From Ruminococcaceae bacterium UBA1405 (GTDB lineage Bacteria; Bacillota; Clostridia; Oscillospirales; Ruminococcaceae), in contig DBQB01000003.1 in the NCBI GenBank assembly GCA_002305685.1, forward strand, positions 49,254 to 113,253: a stretch of DNA of 64,000 nucleotides. The letters are read 5' to 3'. Below the pieces are notes generated by a model. The model was not told the origin of the DNA and did no database searches. It was given only the letters and a program-made list of their open reading frames with translations. Both the position numbers and the translations under genes were made by a program. Within the stretch, counting starts at the first letter, position 1; each line of letters opens with the position of its first letter. Below are positions 35,118-43,872 of this stretch, piece after piece.

Positions 35118-35921
35118 TCACCCTCCCTGTACCACCACACGCCGCAGCGCCCGTCGTATCCAAAGATTTCCCACAAACAGCAGCGCCGCCAGCCAGAACA
35201 GCTGAAGGATCACAGCGTTTGCCAGCTCCCCACCGGCGATATCCCCGATGTAAACCCGCAGCGGCAGATTCTGCATCGCTGCAAAAGGGGTCAAAGTTAA
35301 GATATCCTGCATCTTTTGGGGCATAAAAGGGATGGGAATCAGCCCTCCGCTGAGAAATTCTCCTGCTGTCGCCATCACCATCCGCACCCCTGACGGGGAC
35401 ATGGTGTAAAACACCAGGATATAGGCCAGCATCTGAAAAGCCAGCATGGTAAAAAAGCCCAAAACCAGCGTCATTAAAAAGAGCAGCAGTGTCTGTATGC
35501 TGTCTGGCAGCATCAGTCCGTAAGGTTTGGGAAGCAGAAAAGACACCGTAAGAACCGGGATACACCGCAGAAACGCCCCGGCGGAACGGTTGGCTGCCTG
35601 TTTGAGAAACCACATGGAATATACCGGAATCGGCCTTGCCAGCTCATAGGCAATGGTCCCCTGGGTGATCTGGGCAAAGATTTCGTTATCATATCCCCAT
35701 GTCATAAACAGCCAGAGAAACGCCTGCTGAAGCCATACATAGGAGGCGGTCTGCTGAAACGCCATGGGAAAGGCGGCGGCATCGGCGCGATAGAAAGCCC
35801 GGTACATCAAAACCAACATCCCGCCCCAAAAAAACTGGGTGGCCATCCCCGCATAGGCCGCCGCCCGGTATTGCAGGCTGTTGAGAAAACGAATCCGGAA
35901 AAAACTCAGGTATTTTTTCAT
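35118..35921 (-). CDS. ABC-2-type transporter permease (permease 1)
   Basis: MKKYLSFFRIRFLNSLQYRAAAYAGMATQFFWG..., polytopic. The start overlaps the ATPase stop by 4 nt. Confidence 0.75.
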   Translation of the reverse strand: MKKYLSFFRIRFLNSLQYRAAAYAGMATQFFWGGMLVLMYRAFYRADAAAFPMAFQQTASYVWLQQAFLWLFMTWGYDNEIFAQITQGTIAYELARPIPVYSMWFLKQAANRSAGAFLRCIPVLTVSFLLPKPYGLMLPDSIQTLLLFLMTLVLGFFTMLAFQMLAYILVFYTMSPSGVRMVMATAGEFLSGGLIPIPFMPQKMQDILTLTPFAAMQNLPLRVYIGDIAGGELANAVILQLFWLAALLFVGNLWIRRALRRVVVQGG

Positions 35922-36898
35922 ATCTGAAACTCCTCATACAGCGATACCACCAGCTCCTCCGCAGAGATTCCCGCCACCGACAGATCGGTGATCTCCGCAT
36001 GGGCGGAAAGCTGTTCGATGGCTTTGGAGACAGAAAGAATCCGGGTATCCACCGCAAACACCCCATGGCCGCTGCGCAGCTGTACCGTATGGATTCCCTC
36101 TCCCTCCACCGGCACAAAATCACCGCCGCTAAACTCCACCGTCAAGGTCCGCACGGCGCTGTTTCGCGCCTTGAGCTGCTCCAGAGAGCCATCCAACAGA
36201 ATCCGTCCCTTGCCGATGAGCAGAATCCTTTGGGTCAGCGCCTCAATATCCTGCATATCGTGGGTGGTAAGGATAACGGTGGTTTTCTGCTCTGCATTTA
36301 ACTGACGGATAAAATCCCGCACTGCAATTTTGGATACCGCGTCCAGCCCGATGGTGGGCTCGTCCAAAAACAAAATCTTGGGACTATGGATCAGCGAGGC
36401 TGCAATCTCGCAGCGCATCCGCTGTCCCAAACTCAGCTGCCGGGCGGGGGTGCGCAGAATCTCCCCCAGTTCCAGCATCTGTGCGAGCATATCCAGGTTG
36501 CGGCAGTATCGGGCCGGTTCCACCTCATAGATATCCCGCAGCAGTTCCATGGAATCAATCACCGGCACATCCCACCACAGTTGGGACCGCTGGCCAAACA
36601 CCACCCCAATGCGCCGCACATGTTCTTTCCGGTTTTTCCAGGGAACCAGCCCATCGATACGGCATTCCCCGCTGTCCGGGGTGAGGATGCCGCTCATAAC
36701 CTTGATGGTACTGCTTTTTCCCGCGCCGTTGGGACCGATATATCCCACCATCTCCCCCTTTCCAATGGAGAAGCTGATATCTTGCAGCGCGTGAATCTCG
36801 GTGTACTCCTTTCGGAACAGGGCTTTGACAGCCTCCTTCATTCCGGCGTTCCGCTTGGCGATGCGAAACGTTTTGCTGATGTGGTTAAGTTCGATCAT
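35918..36898 (-). CDS. ABC transporter ATP-binding protein (uncharacterised ABC-2 system)
   Basis: Walker A GPNGAGKSST, signature LSLGQRMR, Walker B ILFLDEPT. Confidence 0.85.
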   Translation of the reverse strand: MIELNHISKTFRIAKRNAGMKEAVKALFRKEYTEIHALQDISFSIGKGEMVGYIGPNGAGKSSTIKVMSGILTPDSGECRIDGLVPWKNRKEHVRRIGVVFGQRSQLWWDVPVIDSMELLRDIYEVEPARYCRNLDMLAQMLELGEILRTPARQLSLGQRMRCEIAASLIHSPKILFLDEPTIGLDAVSKIAVRDFIRQLNAEQKTTVILTTHDMQDIEALTQRILLIGKGRILLDGSLEQLKARNSAVRTLTVEFSGGDFVPVEGEGIHTVQLRSGHGVFAVDTRILSVSKAIEQLSAHAEITDLSVAGISAEELVVSLYEEFQI

Positions 36899-37110
36899 CT
36901 CTTTCCTCCTTCATCAGTTACAGATCTTTCATCCTTCGGAGCCATAGGGAGCTCATTATAGTACGAACCCATGGAAAAGTCCAGCAGCCGTCAAAAAATC
37001 GTAGGAATCCATAGTTTTTAAGGCTTTTCCTTGTCTGTTTTCACCGTTTCCTTGGTAAGTCACCACCACTCACCAGTGACAACGCGGCTCACTGCGTGAG
37101 ATACCGTAAG

Positions 37111-37172
37111 AAAAAAAAACTGCCCCCGCTGATGGAGCATGTATGAGATACACGCTCCGTCAGCGGGGGCAG
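37111..37172 (-). terminator. Strong rho-independent terminator between the two ABC-2 operons
   Basis: On the minus strand, CTGCCCCCGCTGAcGGAGC...GCTCCaTCAGCGGGGGCAG is followed by T9. Confidence 0.75.
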
Positions 37173-37218
37173 GAATAGCACCATATTGGTTTTTTCGTCT
37201 TACGTGACCTTTCGCGTT

Positions 37219-38058
37219 TTATCCTCCGGCACTGTTATAACGGCGCAGTCCCAGACGCCAGAACAGATAAAACGCCAGGTTGGTTATCACCCCGGCCAGC
37301 AGCGTATAAAACGGATACAGCACCGCCAACGGGGAGGTATCTTTTTCCAACAAATACAGACACGGATAATAACACACAAACGCATAGGGGATGATATATA
37401 ACAGCCGCTGGATGAATTTCGGGTAAATGGTAACCGGGTATTGCAGCGTTTGACGCATCCCACCGCGCACAAATCGGGTAACTGCGTCGGATCTTCCCCA
37501 CCAAAAGGTCAGCGGAGTGGTCAGCAGAGAGATGCCGCCCATCAATATCCCGCCGGCCAACAAAGAAAAGAAAAACAGCGCCCAGTGTGCCAGATCCCAG
37601 GAAAGGCCGATCATTCCCTTAATCAGCATCATCGAACCAATTCCCAGCACAAGATGAGAGAGATATCCCACCTGGATATCCTGAACAAAAAGCTGTAACA
37701 GCGGAGATACCGGACGAACCAGAAACAGATCCAGTTTTCCCCGCAACACCAGCTCATCCATCCGCCAAAACTCCCGGGTATGCAGGTTGCCCAAAGCGTA
37801 GGCAACCAGTCCCATCGCATATAGAAAACAGATCTCCAGCGCTGTAAAGCCGCCAACTCCCGGAAAATTGGTAATCATTGTATAGAGCACAACGTACTCT
37901 CCAAGATACCCGATGATGAGCCCGATTCCATGTACCAGAGCGGACCATCCTTTATAGCTGATATAGCCCCGCCAGCACATGGAAAGGGTCATTGCGCACA
38001 GCTGAAAAAACCAGACGATTCGCCCCGCCAGCCAGCATCCTCTATTACGGATCCTCAT
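37219..38058 (-). CDS. ABC-2-type transporter permease (paralog of 34337-35113)
   Basis: 279 aa and polytopic, with the same length and position as in operon 1. Confidence 0.7.
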   Translation of the reverse strand: MRIRNRGCWLAGRIVWFFQLCAMTLSMCWRGYISYKGWSALVHGIGLIIGYLGEYVVLYTMITNFPGVGGFTALEICFLYAMGLVAYALGNLHTREFWRMDELVLRGKLDLFLVRPVSPLLQLFVQDIQVGYLSHLVLGIGSMMLIKGMIGLSWDLAHWALFFFSLLAGGILMGGISLLTTPLTFWWGRSDAVTRFVRGGMRQTLQYPVTIYPKFIQRLLYIIPYAFVCYYPCLYLLEKDTSPLAVLYPFYTLLAGVITNLAFYLFWRLGLRRYNSAGG

Positions 38059-38073
38059 CAGCCCACCTCCTTG

Positions 38074-38880
38074 TCAGCCGCCCAAAACCACAATACGTCT
38101 TTTCCCTCTGCGCCAAAGCAGTTCCTGCAACCCCATCAGCAGCAGAATCCAAAAGACTTGCAGCCCCATTGTTTGTACGATTTCCATATTGGACATTCCG
38201 CCAAGATAAATCTGTGCAGGAGCATACAAAATCGCCTGAAAAGGCAGCAGCTTGGTACAAAACTGTAGCCAGTCCGGCAGCAGCCAAAGGGGAACGATCG
38301 CCCCGGACATCGCCAGCTGAAAAAAGTCGATAAACCATTTTAATGTATTTACTCCAACAAACCAAAAGGCAAAGGTTCCCATCAGCAGCTCAAACATCAG
38401 ATTGATCAGATATCCCAGGCAAAGCGATAGCAAGAAAAGGCCCATCATCTCTATGGAAGCGGGGGACTGAATTCCACCAACAGCCAGCACCGCCACAGAG
38501 AAAACCACCAGATCCGTGGCCATCTGAAATATTTTTTCTCCCCAGCTTCTGGCAATCAGCATCCCCCGAGGGGCAACGGGACGAAGAAAATCCAGCGCAA
38601 TCTCTCCACTGACCATCCGCTGTTCCAGCTGTCTTGAGATACCGTTGGCATCGGTAAAGCTGCGTATCAGCACCATTAGGATCTGATAACTGAGCATCGT
38701 CTCAAAGCTGCGCCCCATTACCGGCATAAAATCCACACTCCAGTATAGCGCATACCAGGCGCTATACTGGATCAGCAGACCAAAAGCCGAAAAAAGCAGA
38801 AAGACCATCGTGTTTTTGATATAAACCAAGGATTCTTTTAGGGAGTAGTAAGCCAACAGAAGGTAAGAAGTGCCATTCAC
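38074..38880 (-). CDS. ABC-2-type transporter permease (paralog of 35118-35921)
   Basis: 268 aa and polytopic. It overlaps the ATPase stop by 4 nt, as in operon 1. Confidence 0.7.
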   Translation of the reverse strand: MNGTSYLLLAYYSLKESLVYIKNTMVFLLFSAFGLLIQYSAWYALYWSVDFMPVMGRSFETMLSYQILMVLIRSFTDANGISRQLEQRMVSGEIALDFLRPVAPRGMLIARSWGEKIFQMATDLVVFSVAVLAVGGIQSPASIEMMGLFLLSLCLGYLINLMFELLMGTFAFWFVGVNTLKWFIDFFQLAMSGAIVPLWLLPDWLQFCTKLLPFQAILYAPAQIYLGGMSNMEIVQTMGLQVFWILLLMGLQELLWRRGKRRIVVLGG

Positions 38881-39833
38881 CTCTGTTCCTCCTCTCCACT
38901 GCGCTGATAAAGGTCTCTCACCACTTCCTCAATGGGAGGTTCCTGTATGGTAATATCCCGAACATGGTTACATCCGACAATCTGAGCCAGCAGCTGTCCT
39001 TCCCCAAGGCGCCGGTTTAAGGAGAAGGTAATTTGATTTCCCTTTTGTCGAAAATTGCGAAGTCCATCGATAATGGTCGGCTCTCCCTGAATGTCGATGG
39101 TAACGGTGGCATCGGCGGTACATCTGGACCGCAACTGTGCCATTGTGCCGTCATAAAGCAGTTTTCCATGGTTAATCACCATGACCCGGGAACAAAGCCG
39201 CTCCACATCTTCCAGATCGTGGGTGGTCAGCAGGATGGTTACCCCATCCTGCCGGTTGAGTTCTTTGAGAAGCTCCCGGATGCGCTCCTTTACCAGCACA
39301 TCCATCCCCACCGTAGGCTCATCCAGATATAAATAGGAAGGGCTGTGCAGCAATGCGGCTGCCAGCTCCCCCCGCATCCGTTGCCCGAGAGACAACTGCC
39401 GTACCGGTTGATCCCAAAAGCTATCCAGCTCCAGCATTTCCCGAAGGACCGATAGCCGTTTACGATATTGTTCGTCCGGGATCTCATATAAATGTTTGAG
39501 CAACCGATAGGTATCATCCAATCTCAGATGCCACCAAAGTTGGGATCGCTGCCCAAAAAGGACCCCGATTTTGCGGCAGTTTTGCTTTCTCTGGTAAAAA
39601 GGATCGATGCCGTCCACCCGCACCATACCGCCATCAGGCAGCAAAATTCCCGTGAGCATCTTTATCGTTGTGGATTTTCCTGCCCCGTTGGGGCCGATGT
39701 ATCCCACCAGTTCCCCCGGAGAAACGGTAAAGCTGATATCGTCTACCGCACACCGCAGTTGACGATCTTTGCGAAAAGGATTGTTGTGGTTTTTGATCGG
39801 ATAGTTTTTGCAGAGGTGACTTGCTTCAATCAT
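38877..39833 (-). CDS. ABC transporter ATP-binding protein (paralog of 35918-36898)
   Basis: Walker A GPNGAGKSTT, signature LSLGQRMR, Walker B YLYLDEPT. Confidence 0.85.
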   Translation of the reverse strand: MIEASHLCKNYPIKNHNNPFRKDRQLRCAVDDISFTVSPGELVGYIGPNGAGKSTTIKMLTGILLPDGGMVRVDGIDPFYQRKQNCRKIGVLFGQRSQLWWHLRLDDTYRLLKHLYEIPDEQYRKRLSVLREMLELDSFWDQPVRQLSLGQRMRGELAAALLHSPSYLYLDEPTVGMDVLVKERIRELLKELNRQDGVTILLTTHDLEDVERLCSRVMVINHGKLLYDGTMAQLRSRCTADATVTIDIQGEPTIIDGLRNFRQKGNQITFSLNRRLGEGQLLAQIVGCNHVRDITIQEPPIEEVVRDLYQRSGEEEQR

Positions 39834-39867
39834 ATCGCTCCCTCTTTCTATTCCGCTTTCGGTGCAG

Positions 39868-40563
39868 TTATCTGTCGCAAAGCTCCAGCATCTTCATGAT
39901 AATTCCCGCAGAATGTTCCGCCGCTTTGGCTGCAAAGGTGTCAAAACTGACGTCGGCGCTGTCATCCGCCTTGTCGGACATACTGCGAAGCACCACAAAG
40001 GGGATCTGGTTGGCAAGAGCCACCTGCCCTACCGCAGCCCCCTCCATCTCCACGCACATGGGAGAAAAACGCTGGACAATATCCTGCTTGAGGGCGGAAT
40101 CGGAGACAAAACGATCTCCACTGACAATCTGTCCCACATAACAGTGAAATTCCCGGCCGGAAACCTGTTCGCAGGCCTTCACCGCCAGTTTAACCATCTC
40201 AGGGTTCGCCTGATAATGGGAGGCGTAGGGCGGGTACCGGTCAAAAATATCCAGATCCGCATCGTGATAGCAGAGCGTATCCGAAACCACCACGTCAAAG
40301 ATATCCAGCCGGGCGTCCAGCGCTCCAGCCACACCGGTGTTAATCAGCCGGTCCACATGGTAGACCTGGGCAAGCGTCTGGGCACAGAGGGCGGCGTTTA
40401 CCTTGCCCACACTGCACACCACCACAATCACCTGCTGCCCCTGCAGCGTTCCCTGATAAAAGGTAAGACCGGAGCGCTGCTCTGTCTTTTCAATCTGCAT
40501 ATGGCTGCGCAGCAGCTCCACCTCAGAATCCATCGCGCCAATAATTCCCCAAACCATCTTCAA
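39868..40563 (-). CDS. mtnN: 5'-methylthioadenosine/S-adenosylhomocysteine nucleosidase
   Basis: WGIIGAMDSEVELL, ...VVVCSVGKVNAA..., CVEMEGAAVGQVA, 231 aa. Confidence 0.85.
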   Translation of the reverse strand: MKMVWGIIGAMDSEVELLRSHMQIEKTEQRSGLTFYQGTLQGQQVIVVVCSVGKVNAALCAQTLAQVYHVDRLINTGVAGALDARLDIFDVVVSDTLCYHDADLDIFDRYPPYASHYQANPEMVKLAVKACEQVSGREFHCYVGQIVSGDRFVSDSALKQDIVQRFSPMCVEMEGAAVGQVALANQIPFVVLRSMSDKADDSADVSFDTFAAKAAEHSAGIIMKMLELCDR

Positions 40564-40679
40564 AACAACCTTTCTTATCGTGTGATGCTCAAAACCTGTG
40601 TTTTAGGTTTTGAGTCAAAACATAACCCATCGTCCCATCGTGACCGCCAGCATCACCCCAAAGGTTTCAGCTGAGCGTA

Positions 40680-41426
40680 TCACAAAAGATTCAGATACGC
40701 TACCAGTTCCTCGTACTGCCCGGCATCCTCATGCATAACCGCAAAGATACGATCTTCTTTCTCGATGATGGCATATTCCTGATACCCCTGTGTATAACCC
40801 TGTTTGGATGTTTCCACCAAAGACTGCATTTTGCTCTCCAATTTTTCCAGAATTTGATCGGTATCTCCATCCTGTGCTTTTGTCAGCATCAGGAAGAAGG
40901 TGGTATTACCGTTGGGAGCTCCCATATACAAAACGGCATTCGCTACGTTTGTCTGATCCAAACCCAAATTGGCCAACAAAAAATCATTCATGGTCGGGTA
41001 ATTGGAAGGATCCTGGAACACCGCATTTTCCAGATACGGCGCTACATCCTCCAAAATATCCTCATCTGTGACCTGTGCCTCTTCGCTTTGCTCCGGATCC
41101 TCAGAAGATACCACATCCTCTTCGGCCTGAGAATCTTGAGAACTTTGACTTTCACTTCCGGATGCCCTATCTTCATCCGGCGATGCAGGGTCCTCAGCCA
41201 AAGCGGAATCCTCATGATCTGCATCGGAAACGGTTTCTTTCTCGTCTGATGAAACATCACCAGTGCTTTCTGAAAGCGAAGACGTTTCCTTTTGATCGGT
41301 ATCTGACGCCACAATCCCTTGACTTTCACTGGTGGATGATCCGGCGGTATCCGCCTGACCGGTACATCCGGTTAAAGCCAGCAAAACAACAGCGCATACA
41401 GCTACAACATTCAGAACCTTTTTCAT
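40680..41426 (-). CDS. Lipoprotein with an acidic Ser/Asp/Glu-rich linker and a DUF4358-like C-terminal domain (tentative)
   Basis: MKKVLNVVAVCAVVLLALTGCTG carries a lipobox. A low-complexity acidic stretch of about 110 aa follows. Confidence 0.65.
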   Translation of the reverse strand: MKKVLNVVAVCAVVLLALTGCTGQADTAGSSTSESQGIVASDTDQKETSSLSESTGDVSSDEKETVSDADHEDSALAEDPASPDEDRASGSESQSSQDSQAEEDVVSSEDPEQSEEAQVTDEDILEDVAPYLENAVFQDPSNYPTMNDFLLANLGLDQTNVANAVLYMGAPNGNTTFFLMLTKAQDGDTDQILEKLESKMQSLVETSKQGYTQGYQEYAIIEKEDRIFAVMHEDAGQYEELVAYLNLL

Positions 41427-41619
41427 CCGTTTTCTCCCCTTTTTCCTGCCATACGGCAGAAGTCGAAGTCGTTGTGTAAATTCTCTTCCTTTTTCGGGAC
41501 AACGCCATCGAAAAAGCTCAGGCATTTACTATGTGGTAAAAACGGTGTTGCTGTATGCACGGAAATGAAATTTTTCCAAGTTTGCTGAGAAACCGCGATC
41601 CGGATTGGTTCGCTTTCTC

Positions 41620-43851
41620 TTACAGTTTGAGCTGCTCATCCTCCACCCCAACAAAACTGCCCATACTGGGAATCGACTTGGGACGGTATTTTTGGGGGTT
41701 TTCAAACCGTTCCGGGGTCAGCAGCTCCATATGCTCCAGCTTGGCGTTTTTCTTTAGATTCATCACCTGTACCCCCAGAGTATCCCGGGTGGATTTTACC
41801 GATAACAGCTGGGTATTGACCACCATCACCCGCCCGGAGGAAGAAAACACCAGATCCTGATCCTGCTCAAGATACGCCATCCCCACCAGCGGGGATTTGG
41901 TGCTGAAAGCAGCCATCAGTTTCTTGCGCCGGGTTTTGGTGGCATAGGCGGACATCTCCACCTTGGCGGCTTTTCCGTTTTCAAAGCCAAACACCATAAA
42001 GCCATCGTACTTGCGGGTTACCGCCATATACACCGCCTGTTCTCCGTCCTCCATCCCCAACTTTGCCGGGATATATTCTCCCATTGCGCTGGCTTTGGTG
42101 TCGTCAAATTCGGCGGCGCTGGTCTTATAGACCTGTCCCAAGCTGGTGAAAAACAGCAGCTCCACCGCGTTGGAGGCTTCCACCTGCTGCGTTACCCGAT
42201 CGCCTTCCTTCAGCCGCTGTTCCCCGCTCATCCGCAGGGACTGAGGGGTAATTTTCTTGAAATACCCTTCCCGGGTAAAGAACAGCTGCACCGGATAATC
42301 AGGGACCTCCTCCTCCGGTTCCTCCTGCTGCTGCTCGTCGGCGTAAAGGATCATGGTGCAGCGGGGCTTTCCATATTTTTTGCTCACATCCCGCAGTTCC
42401 TTGGCGATGATGTCCCGTATCTTTTTGGCGTCCCCCAAAATCTGCTCCAGTTCCTGCACCTGTTTTTCCAGATCAGAAATCTCAGCGGTGCGTTTTAGGA
42501 TATATTCCCGGTTGAGATGCCGCAGCCGTATCTCCGCCACATACTCCGCCTGTACCTGATCGATGCCAAAGCCCATCATCAGGTTGGGAACCACATCCTC
42601 CTCCTGCTCGGTCTGACGCACAATGCGCACCGCTTTGTCGATGTCCAGAAGGATTTTTTCCAATCCTTTGAGCAGATGCAGCTTTTCCCGCTGTTTGTTG
42701 AGGTCAAAATACACCCGGCGGCGCACCGCCTCCTGCCGGAAGGCAATCCATTCGCTGAGCAGCTCATATACCCCCAGCACACGGGGAACCCCGCCGATGA
42801 GCACATTGAAGTTGCAGGAAAAATTCTCCTCCAGCGGTGTGATGCGGCAGAGCCGCTGCATCAGTTTATCCGGATCCGTCCCGCGCTTGAGATCGATGGT
42901 GAGCTTTAAGCCGGAAAGGTCGGTTTCATCCCGCATATCGGAGATTTCCCGTACCTTGCCCCCCTTGACCAGATCCACAATCTTGTCCATAATGGCCTCC
43001 ACCGTGGTGGTTGGGGGAATCTCGGTGATCTCGATGCAGTTGCTGCTCTTATCGTAGGTGTACCGGCAGCGGATGCGGAAGCTTCCCCGCCCGGTGCGGT
43101 ATACCTTATCCACCTCTCCGCGGTGATACAGCAGATATCCTCCGCCGGGAAAATCCGGCGCTTTGAGGATCTCCTCGATGGAGGCGTTGGGATTTTTCAT
43201 CAGGGCAATGGTTGCCTCGCACAGCTCCGAAAGGTTAAAGGAACAGATGGAGCTGGCCATACCGGCAGCGATACCCACATTAAAGTTGGTCAGGATGGAG
43301 GGAAAGGTCACCGGCAGCAAGGAGGGTTCCTTCATGGTGTTGTCATAGTTATCCACAAAGTCCACCGTGTCCTTGTCGATATCCCGGAACAGTTCGGCGC
43401 TGATGGGATCCAGCTTTACCTCGGTATAACGGGAGGCAGCGTAGGCCATATCCCTGGAATAGGCTTTGCCAAAGTTTCCCTTGGAATCCACATAGGGATG
43501 CAGCAGCACCCCATATCCTCTGGAAAGGCGCACCATCGTCTCATAGATGGCCGCGTCGCCATGGGGATTGAGCTTCATAGTCTGTCCCACCACATTGGCG
43601 GACTTGGTGCGGGTGCTGCCCAGCAGACCCATCTTATACATGGTATACAGCAGCTTGCGATGGGCAGGCTTAAACCCGTCGATCTCCGGGATGGCGCGGG
43701 AGAGGATGATGCTCATGGCATAGGGCATAAAGTTTTTTTCCAGCGTATCCACAATGGGCTGCTCCACCACAACCCCTGCATTTTCAAACAGAGCCTGCTG
43801 TTTGGAAGCCCGGCGAGGGGAAGGGGTTTTGGGTGTTTTTTTGGAAGCCAT
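41620..43851 (-). CDS. Type IIA DNA topoisomerase subunit A (ParC/GyrA-like)
   Basis: AMSIILSRAIPEIDGFKPAHRKLLY and the active-site region ...AASRYTEVKL.... The protein is 743 aa. I did not notice a GyrA-box, so it looks more ParC-like. Confidence 0.85.
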   Translation of the reverse strand: MASKKTPKTPSPRRASKQQALFENAGVVVEQPIVDTLEKNFMPYAMSIILSRAIPEIDGFKPAHRKLLYTMYKMGLLGSTRTKSANVVGQTMKLNPHGDAAIYETMVRLSRGYGVLLHPYVDSKGNFGKAYSRDMAYAASRYTEVKLDPISAELFRDIDKDTVDFVDNYDNTMKEPSLLPVTFPSILTNFNVGIAAGMASSICSFNLSELCEATIALMKNPNASIEEILKAPDFPGGGYLLYHRGEVDKVYRTGRGSFRIRCRYTYDKSSNCIEITEIPPTTTVEAIMDKIVDLVKGGKVREISDMRDETDLSGLKLTIDLKRGTDPDKLMQRLCRITPLEENFSCNFNVLIGGVPRVLGVYELLSEWIAFRQEAVRRRVYFDLNKQREKLHLLKGLEKILLDIDKAVRIVRQTEQEEDVVPNLMMGFGIDQVQAEYVAEIRLRHLNREYILKRTAEISDLEKQVQELEQILGDAKKIRDIIAKELRDVSKKYGKPRCTMILYADEQQQEEPEEEVPDYPVQLFFTREGYFKKITPQSLRMSGEQRLKEGDRVTQQVEASNAVELLFFTSLGQVYKTSAAEFDDTKASAMGEYIPAKLGMEDGEQAVYMAVTRKYDGFMVFGFENGKAAKVEMSAYATKTRRKKLMAAFSTKSPLVGMAYLEQDQDLVFSSSGRVMVVNTQLLSVKSTRDTLGVQVMNLKKNAKLEHMELLTPERFENPQKYRPKSIPSMGSFVGVEDEQLKL

Positions 43852-43872
43852 ATGAAATCTCTCCTTTCCCGG

